Assembly (NCBI GenBank): GCA_012295275.1 | Contig: CM022667.1 | Span: forward strand, 18,476,001 to 18,540,000 | Reading direction: 5' to 3' | DNA: 64,000 nt | From: Chrysomallon squamiferum | Lineage: Eukaryota; Animalia; Mollusca | Shown here: piece by piece, positions 1 to 17,978 of the stretch | Position numbering within the stretch: position 1 is the stretch's first letter | Layout of the letters: each line of letters starts with the position of its first letter | Notes under the pieces: model-generated | Told to the model about the DNA's origin: nothing | The model's input: the letters and a program-made list of their open reading frames with translations, nothing else | The model's database searches: none | Translations under genes and position numbers: made by a program

Positions 1-35
1 TTCTGTGTTGTATTTTGTTTTTCTTTTTCTGCCAT

Positions 36-84
<49 letters not shown>

Positions 85-1801
85 ATTTATTTTTTTTTTT
101 TTTTTTCAAATGTAAGTATGTATGGATAGATGGATGTGTGTGCATGTGAAACAATTTAACATGTTGTTAGATCAGACCACTTTGAAGAACTGAAATGTCA
201 ATGTTAAATAATAATAATAATAATAAATTTATTAACTATCAACAATCATCGTCCAAATATTAATTTATTTAAAGCCAGACAACATTCGGTAATAAATAAC
301 TGCTTATTTTCCAGAAAATTGTAATGATGTTATGAATGAACAAAAACAAACTGTATATAGGTTTTGATGATTTTTTTCTTTCTTACTTGCTTGCTTTCTT
401 TATTTTAAACGAATTATTTTAAGTAAGTTGCTAATTATTTTATTTCAAGTAATTTTTTTAAAAAACATTTCAAGAATTTCAAGTTAATTTTTTCGTTTAA
501 ACTAGACACAATTCATTAGTAACAAGGTCTTGTTATAAAAGTTGTGTACCAAACAGCGATACAAGCAGGGTCGGTGGCCCTCTATATCTTAGGCCGCCAG
601 TGTCAGAGGCCCTTACAGTAATGCAAATGAGACCCAATAAATTTAATATACAGTTTAATGTAGATATTAGTTTATGATAAAACAACTTAAGCACACACAG
701 ACAGATACATACACACGCTCAAAAACACATCAAACTCAACAAATACATAAATAATATAATAAAAATAGCCTGTTTATAATTGTGTTACGCAAATATTTTC
801 ACAGGGGTTATTAATTGTTCGCCAGCTCTGCTATATTTATAAAATGTGTATGAAAGAGAAACCAGTTTGACAAGTAATTTAACGAATGTAATTCTGCGTG
901 TTACGAAAATAACTTGTTTTACAGGTGTGTCTATCTCTTGATAGCAAGAGCGTACACGATAGTTTAAACAACTTCAAATTATTATATTATTAAACGACCT
1001 AACGTTCGATTTTACATATTCAGAGTTGGTTTACCAGGAACAACAATTTACATTAAATGGCTTTCTTGTTTATAACTTATAAATGGGCTGTATGTTATAT
1101 TTATAGCTATTTCAAAGTAAATGTTAATGTGTGTGTATGCGCGCGCATGAGTTTCAGGAACAATTTTCTTTATTTAACAATATAGGTTATATGCTTTTAT
1201 TTTTCAACCCGATAGATGTCTTCCCCGAAAACGAATTAAACATTATATAATATGCAGCTTCTGCCAGGAATTTTAAATTATCTTTCGTTAACAGACGAAA
1301 TATTCACAAATATGTAATTTATAATGCATGCATATACAGAAACCGTATTTTATTTTGGGTAGCCTTTTTTTCTCTTTTTGTTTTTTTTCAGTTTAGAAAA
1401 AGTGATATCGTATTGCATGGTGAAAAGTGTGACCTTTAAAATTAACTGAACCTAAACGTAATCTGCTTCATAAGCCACGTCCCTGAGTTCTCACGGTTTT
1501 AAACAATGAATAGCGGACGCTGTTTATCTTAATCATACAGCTCCAGTCGTCAGAGGTCTCTCGCATCAGTTTATTACTATGAAGAGAAGACAATCTTTAT
1601 GTGATGTTCTTTATTTATAATTATTTAAAATACAAAAAAAAAAAAAAAAAAAAAAAATTTTTTGTATATATATGTATGGATATACTATAGATTTAAATGT
1701 TTAAATCAATGCTGAAGAAACTCATGTTACCTACGGCAGGCAGAAGCTAGCCATTTACTCAAGTTTACCCTGTTACGAGATAAGTGATATCACTTGATTT
1801 G

Positions 1802-1844
<43 letters not shown>

Positions 1845-1977
1845 TTATATTTTGACAGCAAGAGAAGTAACAACTGCTATAATAATAATAATAACAACAA
1901 AAGCCATAGTAATAATCAACAAAGAAATTTTCTCTTTAATGCAGATTATTAATTTTTTTTATTTACTGATTTATTCA

Positions 1978-2033
<56 letters not shown>

Positions 2034-2142
2034 TAGATAGATAGATATAGATAGACAGATATAGATAGATAGATAAATAGATTATAGACAGATAGATAGA
2101 TAGATAAATAGATTATAGAGAGATAGAGAGATAGATAGATAG
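1978..2142. repeat. Compound microsatellite (AT)n-(GATA)n
   Basis: Direct reading. Other simple repeats: (AG)n at 35187-35268, 38145-38198, 46142-46212 and 57326-57384; (AAT)n at 39315-39370 and 62588-62632. Confidence 0.95.
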
Positions 2143-3415
2143 AAAGAAAAAGTATAATAATGTCCTGTTGTGAAATAAGAACAGTGAACATGCAGTTATG
2201 TCACTGGTCAGCCTTATTAATAAAGATTATTGTAAATTGTACATGAATGCTTCTGTCAAAAGAACTATTAAACTGTGCAAAATATATTTTATACACAAAG
2301 AAAACATGTACAGTAACAACATCAAAAAAGTAGATTACATAAAAGGGAAATCTATTCATGGTTCTTGTAAACAAATAATTGTGTCATACATAAAACCATC
2401 ATTTCAATAATTTTGGATCTCCCTGATTAGAAAAGCTGGGTTAATACTAGTTTCACACACAAACACACACACACATTTTTTTTTTTTTTTTTTTTTAATA
2501 TTATTTCTTTCAATCCTTTATACCTTCTGGGGAAGAAAAAATTGTATAATTTATTACATTGTAAAACTTAAATAACAAAATAAGGCTTAAAGAAAATGAT
2601 TTTGCAACAGAAGCTGGCAATAAGGTGATTGAAATATTTACATTTCTTATCTGTACTGTGATCTAATCCTTTTTTTAGGTTCACTAAGGTCAATTATTCT
2701 GGAAATTATTTTACAAAAAAAACATGAAAATATTAAAGAAAGAAAAGTAAATGTTTTATGTTACATAAAAAGATTTAACGCTAGTAAATATGTTGGTAAA
2801 CTGTGCATTAAATCCAAACAGTACAAAATTTTAATTACTTTGGGTGTCTTTTCTTTCTCTGTAAATAAACATTTTTAAAAACGCAAGATTTCATTAAAAA
2901 TTGTGGTGGAAATTAAAAATGTAGTATACCATAATCTAATTTCAGGGTTATAAACAGAAGCTGGGTAATACCATCAATATAAATATTTTTATTTTCTTAT
3001 CAGTATAGTTTCATCATTCTGTTATTTTTTAAATTTATTTTATACATAAATATTTTGTTTATTGCTACAATAAAGTTTTCAAAAACAGTCAAATCTTTCT
3101 AGTATGACATTCTTGAAAAGAAAACTGTTTCTTAACATCAACAAAGTTTTAAAGTTTACACAATATTAAAATTTATTCTCAAGCCTGCCCTGACCTTTAC
3201 TCTCCCTGTTCATTTTCAACCTCTGAATCATGACTTTAAATACATATGTGTGTGTGTGTGTATAAGCAATTAAAAATACTACTTTTGGAAACAATGTGAA
3301 TGCTAATTATTATTAATCACAAAACATTGTTAAAATAAATTTACAAAATTACCCACAGACTATATATATTATATGGATTAGCATGAAGTTAAATTCAGTG
3401 TGAAAAGAAGGGGGC

Positions 3416-3458
<43 letters not shown>

Positions 3459-3459
3459 C

Positions 3460-3511
<52 letters not shown>

Positions 3512-4714
3512 TGTCTGTAATTAATGTTGGTGGACTGATAAAAAATGTATTTTATTTATTTATTTATTTAACAGCTCACTGATATAAAAGCAAATTTAAT
3601 TTTTCATTAATATAAAGTAAAAACAATTACTGATCATACATTAAAACTTATGAAAGTATCTTTAACCACAAAATTATGAATGTATCCTAAAATATCCTTA
3701 ACCATACATCAAGTCTTGATGAATTCATACAAATGAAATATATATTAATAAAAAAAAAAAAGGATGACAATAATGATAATTAAAATAAATATAATAATAA
3801 TAAAAGAAAAAAATATCTGAAAGTAAAATAATGCTTCTTAATTGGAAAATCAACTTTATATAATCCACTTTTTGAAGATAGATATGATCACTTAGTAACA
3901 CTAATGGTGAATTTCCTACTTTTTGTAATAATAAATAAATACCATTCCTTTTCTGAGGACTCTGGGTCAGTACTTTTTAAAAGTAACATCTCTTTTCAGA
4001 GTAATATTACATTATATAAAAATTCTCAAAACAATGTTAAGTCACAATTAAGAATATTATTGTGAAGTACGAGAGTCCTAGTAGTGGTTTCCATTTCAAT
4101 AATATAAATGAAAAATACATGGATCTTTATCCTCTGTTTGCAACTATATAACACCAGCTTTCACATTTTTCTAATAAATAAAGAAAGAAAGAAAAACACA
4201 AACAATATCACTGTTTGTGTACATTATCATTTTAAATCTCTGCCCATGAAAATCAGCTCATGATATTATTTAAATATTCATAGTGTTCTCCAATACTCAC
4301 CCTATATTATTTTCTAATTAATATTAATTTAAAATGTAAATATAATTATACATAAAACATAACAACAACTAAACAAAGATGAAATAGGGAGGACAGAATC
4401 TCCTCAAATCTAAACATAAGTGACAATGTACAAAACCAAATCAAACATTCCTGACAATGAAAAATCAATATAACAAACTGTAGATAAATAAAAATAGATG
4501 AAATGACACTTAATATGCACACCAAAATGTTAGTGTAATCCCTGGAGGAGAACAAAATACTACCTCTAAAAAGTATAATAACAGAGAAAAAAATCTGGAT
4601 AAATGTTTTAATAATTTCAACTATGTGATTTCTGTTTTTGTGGGTGTTTTGTCTTTAAAAAGATAGTGATCATTCTCTCCTCCAAGTTCTTCAGTTGCCT
4701 CCAAGTTTGATGTT

Positions 4715-8497
<3,783 letters not shown>

Positions 8498-8675
8498 TTC
8501 TGATTTCAAGGACGATACCGAATTTTTACACTGACTTTGAAGAAAATGTGTTTTGAAATAATACACTAAAAATAAACATTTTTATGGATGTCAGTAATAA
8601 TAAGTATTAATACAGTTTTCTATGTAACGGTAACAAAAATCAGAAACTAGAATTTCCATTTCCTTCTTTTATTTG

Positions 8676-8683
8676 TGACGTCA
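8676..8683. promoter_or_regulatory. Palindromic CRE/ATF site TGACGTCA ~180 bp upstream of the N4BP1-like ATG
   Basis: Exact consensus match in a locally CpG-containing stretch upstream of the start codon; function is inferred only. Confidence 0.35.
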
Positions 8684-9756
8684 TTTTTGACTGGTGTTGT
8701 AACAATATACGCCTGCAAAAGAGAACGAGTTCGGGCTCGTTTAACGAGAAACTAGACAAGTTTCGAATTGTAGTATTTGTAATTGTAAAGATTAAACTGA
8801 ATATAATTTGTGACATTTCTCATAATATATCTGCTGTAGAACGAAGAATTAAATAATATTTATAATAACAGATATACAACCAGAATTTTTTTTATTAAAA
8901 GTTAAAATTAATGTTTTTCTTTCTTTCTTTGGAATATCGAATAAAAGGGGGGAAAAATAATAAAAGTAAATTAATAAAAATAATAATAATAATTTAAATA
9001 TAATTTATTATCATTATTTGGCCTCAAACAGGTAATTCATTTTATTTTTCTTGTGGCGCTAGTAGTACTGCGTAGTAGATTTCTGGAAATAACATTTTGG
9101 CTTTCTTCCAAAACGGTTAATAAAAATAAAATGTATCTTGTGTTAAGTTAAGCAAGGAACAGTCATTAACTTGCACACTTCTTTTTGTCCGGTAGCATGA
9201 AATGAGTTGATGATGTGTCACAGTTTTTAAAGTATTTTGGAAGAAATTCAGAGGAACATGTGCCAGTTTTACAGAGTATTTAGAGTTAATTTAAAGCTGA
9301 TTACAAATAATAATGGGACTAAGACATTAGTTTCAGTGGTAACTCCAGATGATGGCGATAAACTGTGACATCACTTTATATAATGTAACCCCCCAAAACC
9401 AACGTAAAAAACCCACAAAAAACAAACAAAAAACTATTTGACAATTATTAATTACATTCTTTATCAGTTAATAAAATGTAGCAAAGTTTGTAAAAAAAAC
9501 CAACAAGGAACCCTCCTGAAAAAAAACACCAATTTACTAAAGAAAGGAAAAATGTCACTATTTAAATGTATTTATTTACATATATTTATTGTTAGAAAAA
9601 ATTGTTAGTCTATGAAATACTCAGTATATGTACATTAGCAACTTCATTAGAAATATATTGATTGAATTACGGATTAATAACAATATTGCTTTTCAATCTA
9701 ATCCTCAAAGAAGTAGTCAATGCTATTGTTGTTTCAGTTTCAGTTTCTTTTAACTA

Positions 9757-10905
9757 CTCAGAGAAGGAGGGGTAAGTTGTGCCATTTTCCAGCTAATCAA
9801 CATGGACTCCAAGGAATCAATATCTCCACAAAAATTAGTAATAAACATCAAACAGCAAAATCCTCTTCATATACATGGGCAATATTAATACCACACAATT
9901 TCTTATAATGGTGCGAGTTGGAAAATATTTTGTGAAGTGGCACGACTTACACCATATATGGGCTAAGCAGTGCCAGTTTGTAACTAGTGGAAAGGGCATG
10001 CACATTGGTTAAAACACATTTGTTTATTGCATAATAACATTTTCAGCAATTTTTCCTAATTCTAAACCAACCTGTAATGATACCAAAATGTGACAGGATT
10101 TGCAAAAAACTTTCAACTCGGCTGTAACTTTCATTGAGACTAATACAAATATTATAATGTTGATCCCTCAGTCTTTGGCTTGGGAAGTTTATAGATGATA
10201 TACCTGTGAATTTGGAAAAAACAAAACATCTTCAGAACTGACCTTGCTAGCTACAGCTTCAAATTTGTTATCATCTACAACATCAACACTAGCAATGTAG
10301 TGTTTACTGCTTGACTTTCTTGCAATTTCACCACAACAAAATCCCCTTCATGTCTCTTGACCTCTGTGGATATGCCATTATTGGCAGCTACATCACCATA
10401 TTCAGCTGATTCTGGATCAGAATCAGAACAGCTTGTCTCATCATCATTATGCTGCTGCACTACCTCGAATGTCTTTTTACCTTGTTTGAACAGTCTGTTT
10501 TGCATTAGGCTTTGTGGCCTTCTATTGTTTTGCTTGGTGTTGTTCCAGTGCTGCAGCAACTGCATCTCAAATGAAGTGCCTCAAACTCAGTTTGCATAAC
10601 CATCATTTGCTACATTTATGCTACAGTAATATATGCCACAGTAATAGCTACCTATACAAGTTATCATACACCACATATGATTTCAGGATAATTATACAGT
10701 CTGTGCAAAATACATTCACAAACCAGCCTGCCTAAGATCAACTTTAGACACCCAAATTCATACTTTTTGTCAGAGCACCTTTGTTCTTTAGAAAAAACAT
10801 ATCCCCTATATCCATAAAAATGTATGAACAATAAACCAGAGATGGCAACACCTTTCAGTCGCATCCACTCAGATAGCTTGCACAACTTAACCCCTCCTCA
10901 CCTAC
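9757..10905 (-). mobile_element. Degenerate pogo/DDE_1-like DNA transposon remnant
   Basis: Imperfect terminal inverted repeats GGAGGGGTAAGTTGTGC (~9766) and GCACAACTTAACCCCTCC (~10880-10897), with an internal inverted copy GGCACGACTTAC (~9940). The broken minus-strand ORF 10275-10565 has an acidic stretch followed by EGDFVVVKL, resembling pogo-like transposase C-termini. Confidence 0.55.
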
Positions 10906-11849
10906 AGTAATAATAATAATAATGCTAACAATACTTTTAAAGTGTCATAGATTTTTTAGTATTCAGAGAAGGGTTATTTCAGGAAGACAATATTTATTGT
11001 CTTATATTTTTAAAGTATATCTGTTTTTATTATTATTTTATTAATTAATGCAAATTAAGTTAAAATTAATCATAGAAGAATCTGGAAGTTTTTTCTTTTT
11101 CTTTTAAAAGGATGATATAAATGTGTATGTTATTTGGCATAAATTCATGCACCGCCTGACTGAAGGCTTAGATGACGGCTTTTGTTGTTCTTAATAAAAG
11201 ATGACAAGATTTATTGATTTGTTTTTGATTGAAACAAAAAAAGTAACTATAAAGTAAAATTTCAAATTTTATTTTACACATTTAATATTACAATAACAAA
11301 ACAAGTGATAAATAAAATGTTGAAATTAAACGCACATGGTCCCTTTAAAATCTGAATTTGTTCAAAATTCAATTTAAATTAATTTAAATTGTGTTTAATA
11401 TTGCCTTTCATTGCTTAATGTACATTAGTTTTTTGCAGATATAAATTATTTTTCTCTCTTTCTTCTTCTCTGACTTGCTCTGTCTCATTCAAACACATTT
11501 TTTTTTTTTTTTTTTACAAAATGTCATTAATCATAAATCATTTCTTCAGATGCAGATATATACATATCAAGAATTTTAAGCATTTCCTGAAACCAGTTTA
11601 TACATGTATCCAAAAAAGAGATTTTAGTCAGTGCTAACCAAATCTATATTAGTACTGAAAGCTATTGTTTTATGTTGTAGATCATGTAAATTCAGAACAC
11701 GAATATACAAATGTGATATAAATTCACTGAAACAAAACAATTAAGTACAGAAAGTGTGTATCATGAGGTACATGCAGCAATAACTAAATAACTACATATA
11801 TATATATATAAACATATTTTTTCTTTTTTCCCCTAATTATTTGGAACAT

Positions 11850-12020
11850 TTTGAGCGGTGTGAACCTAAACACAGTGTATGTAATTTGATATGACCGTTT
11901 CCATTTTGAGTGCTGTGAACCTAAACACAGTATATGTAATTTGATATTATTGTTTCTATTTGGTATATTTTGAGTGGTAAACACAGTATATGTAATTTGA
12001 TATGACTTTTTCTATTTGAT
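11850..12020. repeat. ~55-bp tandem repeat, ~3 copies
   Basis: Recurrent AAACACAGT(G/A)TATGTAATTTGATAT. Confidence 0.75.
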
Positions 12021-12395
12021 ACTACTAGACTAAAGTTTGCTAATTATACAGAATGACAAAAATGTGTGATATAATTTTCTGCCACTTAAAGTTAAGTTAC
12101 TAGTTTCCTACCTTTTTTAAACTTAACATGTCACATTAGGGATAACCTATCTTTAAATTATATCTTAAATGTAAAGTTATTTTGTCAATATATGTAAAGT
12201 ATCCATTACAACATAGTTGCAGAACTGTAATCTGACATTTAGTTTAAACTAGATAAATCTACTATATTGCCACTATTTTGAGAAAAGAAAAAAAAAAAAA
12301 AATAATAATAATCAAAATAAAAAGACACAAATCACAGAAGAGAACAAGATGTATTTAGGCAAATTGTTCCCACCACCAAAGAAAAGTCTGCAAAT

Positions 12396-12910
12396 TTAAC
12401 CCTTTAAATCCAATCAGCCGGAAGGAGATGTCAAGGTCAAAATACTTGAAGTCACACAACAACCTGAAGGTAAGACCAGTTCTTTCATCTGACTGGAAAA
12501 CAGATCACAATATTTTTTCTCTTCTTCCTGCTTTTACCATCTTTTCAGTTTTGATGAAGTCAACTAATTTAGAACTGAGGGAATAAATTAATGTATAAAA
12601 AAGAAGAAAAAAAAGAATGCTTTTTATGAGGGCAGTTGTTGGTTGGGAAACATGATGGTCAGAAACATTTTAACAGAAAAGGTTTTGCACCTACTTAAGT
12701 ATTTATATTTATCCAGGGCTTGTAAAATGATAAAAAACAAAACAAACCCCCCCCCCCCAAAAAAACAACAACTCAGTATCAGTCAGTTATTAAATATGAA
12801 CTATAAAAATATTATTATAGAAGATTTGAGAAATTTTTTGAATTATTTATAATTTTCATTCGAGGAGTGTGTGGCTGACCATGCCAGGCTGTCACAGTTC
12901 AAAGGGTTAA
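12396..12910. mobile_element. Possible piggyBac-type MITE
   Basis: TTAA-CCCTTT at 12396 and AAAGGG-TTAA at 12901-12910. The inverted match is only ~6-9 bp beyond TTAA. Confidence 0.3.
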
Positions 12911-13240
12911 ATCCTGCATACCATTCTACATCCGAGTCGAAAACTTTATATGCTGTGCCATTCTAATATTATTCATCTATGGATATCATTTACATCAGTA
13001 GCTCAGATGATTGAATCCAATTTTGAAAAAGTATGATGACTGAAATATAATTTTTCATCCATGAAATTATTTATTTTGTACAGATAAGCATGAAGTCTGA
13101 TGATTAATGGAATTCATTTTATTCATATGACATGCATAACTTGTATACTAAAACAAAAGATAATTAACTTAATCATAAAATACACACTGAAAAATGTAAT
13201 TATCACAGAGTATAACTTCACGATGTAATATTTCATGTGA

Positions 13241-16200
13241 CTACCTGTCTCTGTTAACATTAAACACATCTATTTCATCACTGTTTTCATCATCATCAGT
13301 ATTGGCTTTTCCATCTTTAATTAACATTTCCATGTCCAAAGATGTACTTAATTTCATTGTTTTGGTTCCATTTCCTACAGAATAAATATATATAAAAAAC
13401 TTTTTTTTTTAAATTTAATGTTAATTTAAACAAGAAAGTGTTTGTTATTAACTACTGTTAACAATGTAATCATAAATTAAATTTGTTATTATAGATCAAA
13501 TTATATTTTCATATATTAGTTAATTTTTTAATTTAATACTACTAATACACCTACAATAATATACAATCAAAATATATTAGTTAATTTTAATTACTTAATA
13601 TTACTAACACAACCCTAATAACATACAATCAAAATACATTAATTAATTTTTATTACTTAATACTACTAATACACCTATAATAATGTACAATGAACCCTCA
13701 TTCTACTGCCCTCTATACCATCAGCCTTGCTTACTGCCAGGTTTACTGCCTGAAAACAGTATGATTCATCCTCACTAGAGTCAACTAAATAGTATCTTGC
13801 TACATGATAAAAATAAAATTCCTTTATACTTTCTGTCAATATCCTCAAGCAGTTATGGTCTATATCATCAAGAACTACAAACTGTACACACATATATAGA
13901 GCTAAATAGCATCCAAAATCTACTTACGGCCTTCATATTTTTAATAATATTAAAAACCTATGATGAAATACCTGTTAGATGTAAATACTCACGGTGCACA
14001 GCTTTCATTACTACATGTAGCACAATACCAAGCAAACATGCGACAAAGCCAACTGCATTTATAGCATTCATTGTGTCTCCGTTAACAACATGAGCAAGAA
14101 ACAGTGTGCATACTTCCTGAAAAATAAAACATTACCATTGTTATTTTTATATCACTTTGTGTATCACTATTTTAGACTGGTGTTTTATATTTATTTATAG
14201 AGTAATTAAAATGTTTCAACAACTAAGCTATTTCTTTTGTTAAGAAAAAACATTGTAAACAAAAAATAATGAAAGATTACTTTTTTTGAAAATCTAATTA
14301 CTGTAATAGTATTATGTTGTAATCTGAATATATAAATAATTTTTGTAAATGCATATAATATATTCTTTTGCAATAAAAATAAATGATTTACCTTTAAAAT
14401 GCCTGAAATGGACAGTGTGAGACTTGAAGTTTTTGCCAACAACAAGTATTCACTGAACTCCAGGAAGAAAGCAATAAATGCTCCAAGTACTATCAAGCCT
14501 ACAGCTGAGAATAAAACACTGTATTCTTCAAAACGGAATAGGTGTACTGAAGTAGATATTTCTAAACCTGAAAAAAAAAAAAAAAAAAATTAATACAAAA
14601 TAAAATTGGCTTACTGTCCAGATTTATACTGGCCCTATATAAATATGAAACAAATTACTTAAGTAAATTAATTAACTGAGGTGAAAAAAAAAAGAGGAAA
14701 TGATAAAACTGTCATTATAATTTAATAGGCCAATTATTAAAATAACATGTTGTCAGTGATTCATAGAATTTGCTGATTACATTGACATATACTGTAGTCC
14801 TAAAGTGTTGATAATGTACTCTGCTAATCCATGGACTTAAAATAAATAATACATTTTAAGACAATTAACTATTTTATTTTTAGTAAATATGATCATTTTG
14901 GTTTGTTTGAAACAATTATTTTTGTTCTGATATATCTGTATAAGTGTGTGTCTGTCTGTCTGTTTCAGTTAGTTCTGATAACCTTCTATAGCTGCTGACA
15001 GTGGAAGTAGACCAAGAATCATCCAGGGCTGAACATGGTACATCATATCCAGTGGATTATGTAAACCTGAAAATAAATTTAAATGCAACTCTACTACTTT
15101 ATATGACAGTTAGGGCATGTATACACTGAACCCTATATTTAGAGCTTTAAACCAACATAATTTCTTTGTAATTTCTGTTTTTCTAAATTTGTAACCAATA
15201 TCAGATGTAAGAAAGATTAATTTTAAAATGTCATAAAATATTTCTAATTTAAATTATTTGTTATGAATAAAGTTTGTATTATGTACATCTAAGTGTTTGT
15301 GTTTATTTTATATATTATAAAATAAATAAATAAAAATAATAAAAGTTTATATAAATATTTCTCTCTATATATATAAAAACTTTTATTATTTTTATTTAAT
15401 TATTTTCTTTTATATTTCTTTTATTTACTAGTGACAAGTTTCTTACCTATTTCATTTTTCTGTGTGACAATTTGAGCAAGAGTCCATCTAAGCCCTGACA
15501 GAAAAGATGCTGCCATGACTAACAAAAATCCTTCTGTGTTAAATTCTGTAGCATGGTAAGTAAACATGAAAAGTCCTCCTGATATAAACAGAACTATAAA
15601 GAGCAAACTGCATCTCTGAAGAGAAATTACAAATGAATCATAGTTATTTAACACAAAATTATTTTTTTGTAATTTGCTAACTTAACATGAATACAAACAT
15701 TAAGAATGCAATGCTTAAAAACCCCTCGGTTTTATTAACAGAAATAATGTTAGAAACTTACTAGTTTTTCCAACCTGAACAGCAAGCAGAAAAATAAAAT
15801 AAATAACACAGCTGTGGATTTTGACATTGTATACCTGCAAAAAAAATCCCAGATATTTTATTATATGAATGCTAGGAATAAATATGACCATAAATAAATA
15901 ATTAAATAAATGAAGATTTCTTTTTAAACATGTCTTATTTATCAAGATTATTAATACATTTAAAGGTGTGTATATAAATATATATATATATATATAAGAA
16001 TATCATTGTCCTGTCATTACAAACAGTTGCATATTGTATGTTCTAAACTTATAAACTATTTTCTGACTCAGTGTAGAAAGCTTAATGCAAATTTTGGCAA
16101 CATTTTTATAGAAATAAGATTTTAGTAACATTTAGACTAATGAAATTACCATTATGTAATTCATAATTATGTAGAAAATTTTAAATAAATTTTGGGTAAT

Positions 16201-17978
16201 GGTGTATTAATATGAAGTAAATTATTATTATTAGAATATAGAACAACATCAGTATTTACTATCAGTGTTTTTTTTATTATATAAAACTTACAAAGATATT
16301 GTAATAAATTCTAAACTCCAGTTTGAGAGACCAATATCAAATGCACACACAAAACCTGAAATAAAATAAATTGTATTAACAATGTCAAGCTTATCACAGT
16401 AATAATAAAATACACACAGACACACACAAAAAAAAAATAAAAAAAAAGTAAAAAACATAAACATAATATTTTAGTAATACTAATTAAATGGACAATGTAT
16501 ATGTATTAATAACATGTCATAAAGACTAAACATGACAGAAATTTATAATAACAATATTCTGTCAAAAGTTACATTTTACTGAGTACAGTTACATTCTCCA
16601 ATTTGAAAATGCTACTCAGTTATTTCTATCCCCATTTAAACAAGTTCATTGTTACCTTAAGACAACAACCGATTATTTCCTTTTTAACACAAATGTCTGA
16701 GCACATGTTTATTATTAGATAGTTAGCAATGATTTTATAAGTAAAAAATTTATTTATTAACCAGTTCTGCCTGGCAAAAACAAATACAAGAAAAATTTGT
16801 ATGCAAGATGTATTTAGAATATTACTTCATTTAACAACTCTAATTTTATGTAATAATAATTAGAAAAATTAGTGAACAAATAAAATTTATTATAAATAAA
16901 CACTGAAGATAAGGAGTATTCATATTGTTTGCAGGATTTGAACTTGAACAGATTCTATATATCATAAAAAAAATCATAAAGTGACATAATAAGTAAACCA
17001 AGATCCATATAATTAAAGCAAAATTACGTATAATTGTTTTAATTAGCATTAAAACAGAAAAATCTTTTGTTTTATATTTAATTAAACTTAAAATGAAAAT
17101 GTATTTGTATTTGTATTTGTATGCTGAGATAAAGAATGACACTGAACACATTTAGAACATTTACATGCTAACAACTAAACGAATCAAATACGTACACTAT
17201 TTATGACTCTTACAAGTTAATTAATCAAAAATATACAAATACCTGTTGAAGCTAAGCGTTTGATGTAAATACCCCATCCAAGAACTATTCTTGGTTCTTT
17301 TGTTTTACAGTCAAGAATATTTCGAACTATAGTAGCAGCTATAAATTTGATCACCAGATGTGTCAAGGTGATTGAAAGAGGAAATTTTAAAACCTACATT
17401 AAAAAAATGTAATAATAATAATAATAATAACATCAAAAAGAAAAGAAAGATAAATCCTACTGCTAAGAAAACAAATTTTTATATCAAACAGAGCTACTGT
17501 TGCAATAAAGTAAAACATTGTTAAATTAGAAAATCATTATTTTATTAACTGTGCTCTCTTCTGTCTTTTTTACTTACAGACAGTTAGAATTCTAAAACTG
17601 AGGAGTATTTAAAAGGTTACAATTTATGTATTAAAAAGAATTTATTTTAAAAACAGTTCTCTCATTAGAAAATTATATATTTGTAAATAATGTTCTTAAT
17701 AGAGATTTTTCTGATAAAATTATATAAATAAAGCTAGATTTTTAATGTTAAAATCTAAACAAATAACTTACCTTGAACATTCTTTGGTTATAAAATGTCA
17801 AGCCAATTGAAAATGTGTAATAGAACAGAACAAGCCCAACCAATTTTACTGCTGAGATAAAGAATGACACTGAACACACAGACTTTTTCACTAATTTGGC
17901 ATCTTCTTTTATAGTATCTTCCAAGTTTTCAAGAATATGTAGAGGACCATCTAGGTGGACTTTGCTACCCATATTCAT
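13241..17978 (-). CDS. SLC35C2: Solute carrier family 35 member C2 (nucleotide-sugar/TPT-family transporter), 9 exons
   Basis: Exons at approximately 17978-17772 (LVLFYYTFSIGLTFYNQ), 17392-17243 (FPLSITLTHLVIKF), 16354-16291 (DIGLSNWSLEFITISL), 15834-15762 (YTMSKSTAVLFIL), 15615-15447 (GLRWTLAQ), 15066-14983 (LHNPLDMMYHVQPWM), 14567-14392 (FSEYLLLAKTSSLTLSISGILK), 14116-13993 (EVCTL...GIVLHV) and 13374-13241 (stop TAG). Confidence 0.93.
13515..13690. repeat. ~62-bp tandem repeat, ~3 copies, in the last SLC35C2 intron
   Basis: Recurrent TTAATTTT...TTAATACTACTAATACACCTA...ATACAATCAAAATA. Confidence 0.7.

Noticed and set aside
1852-3582. Short ORFs with YIYI/LSIY runs
   Set aside because: Translations of (AT)n, (GATA)n and (GT)n microsatellites.
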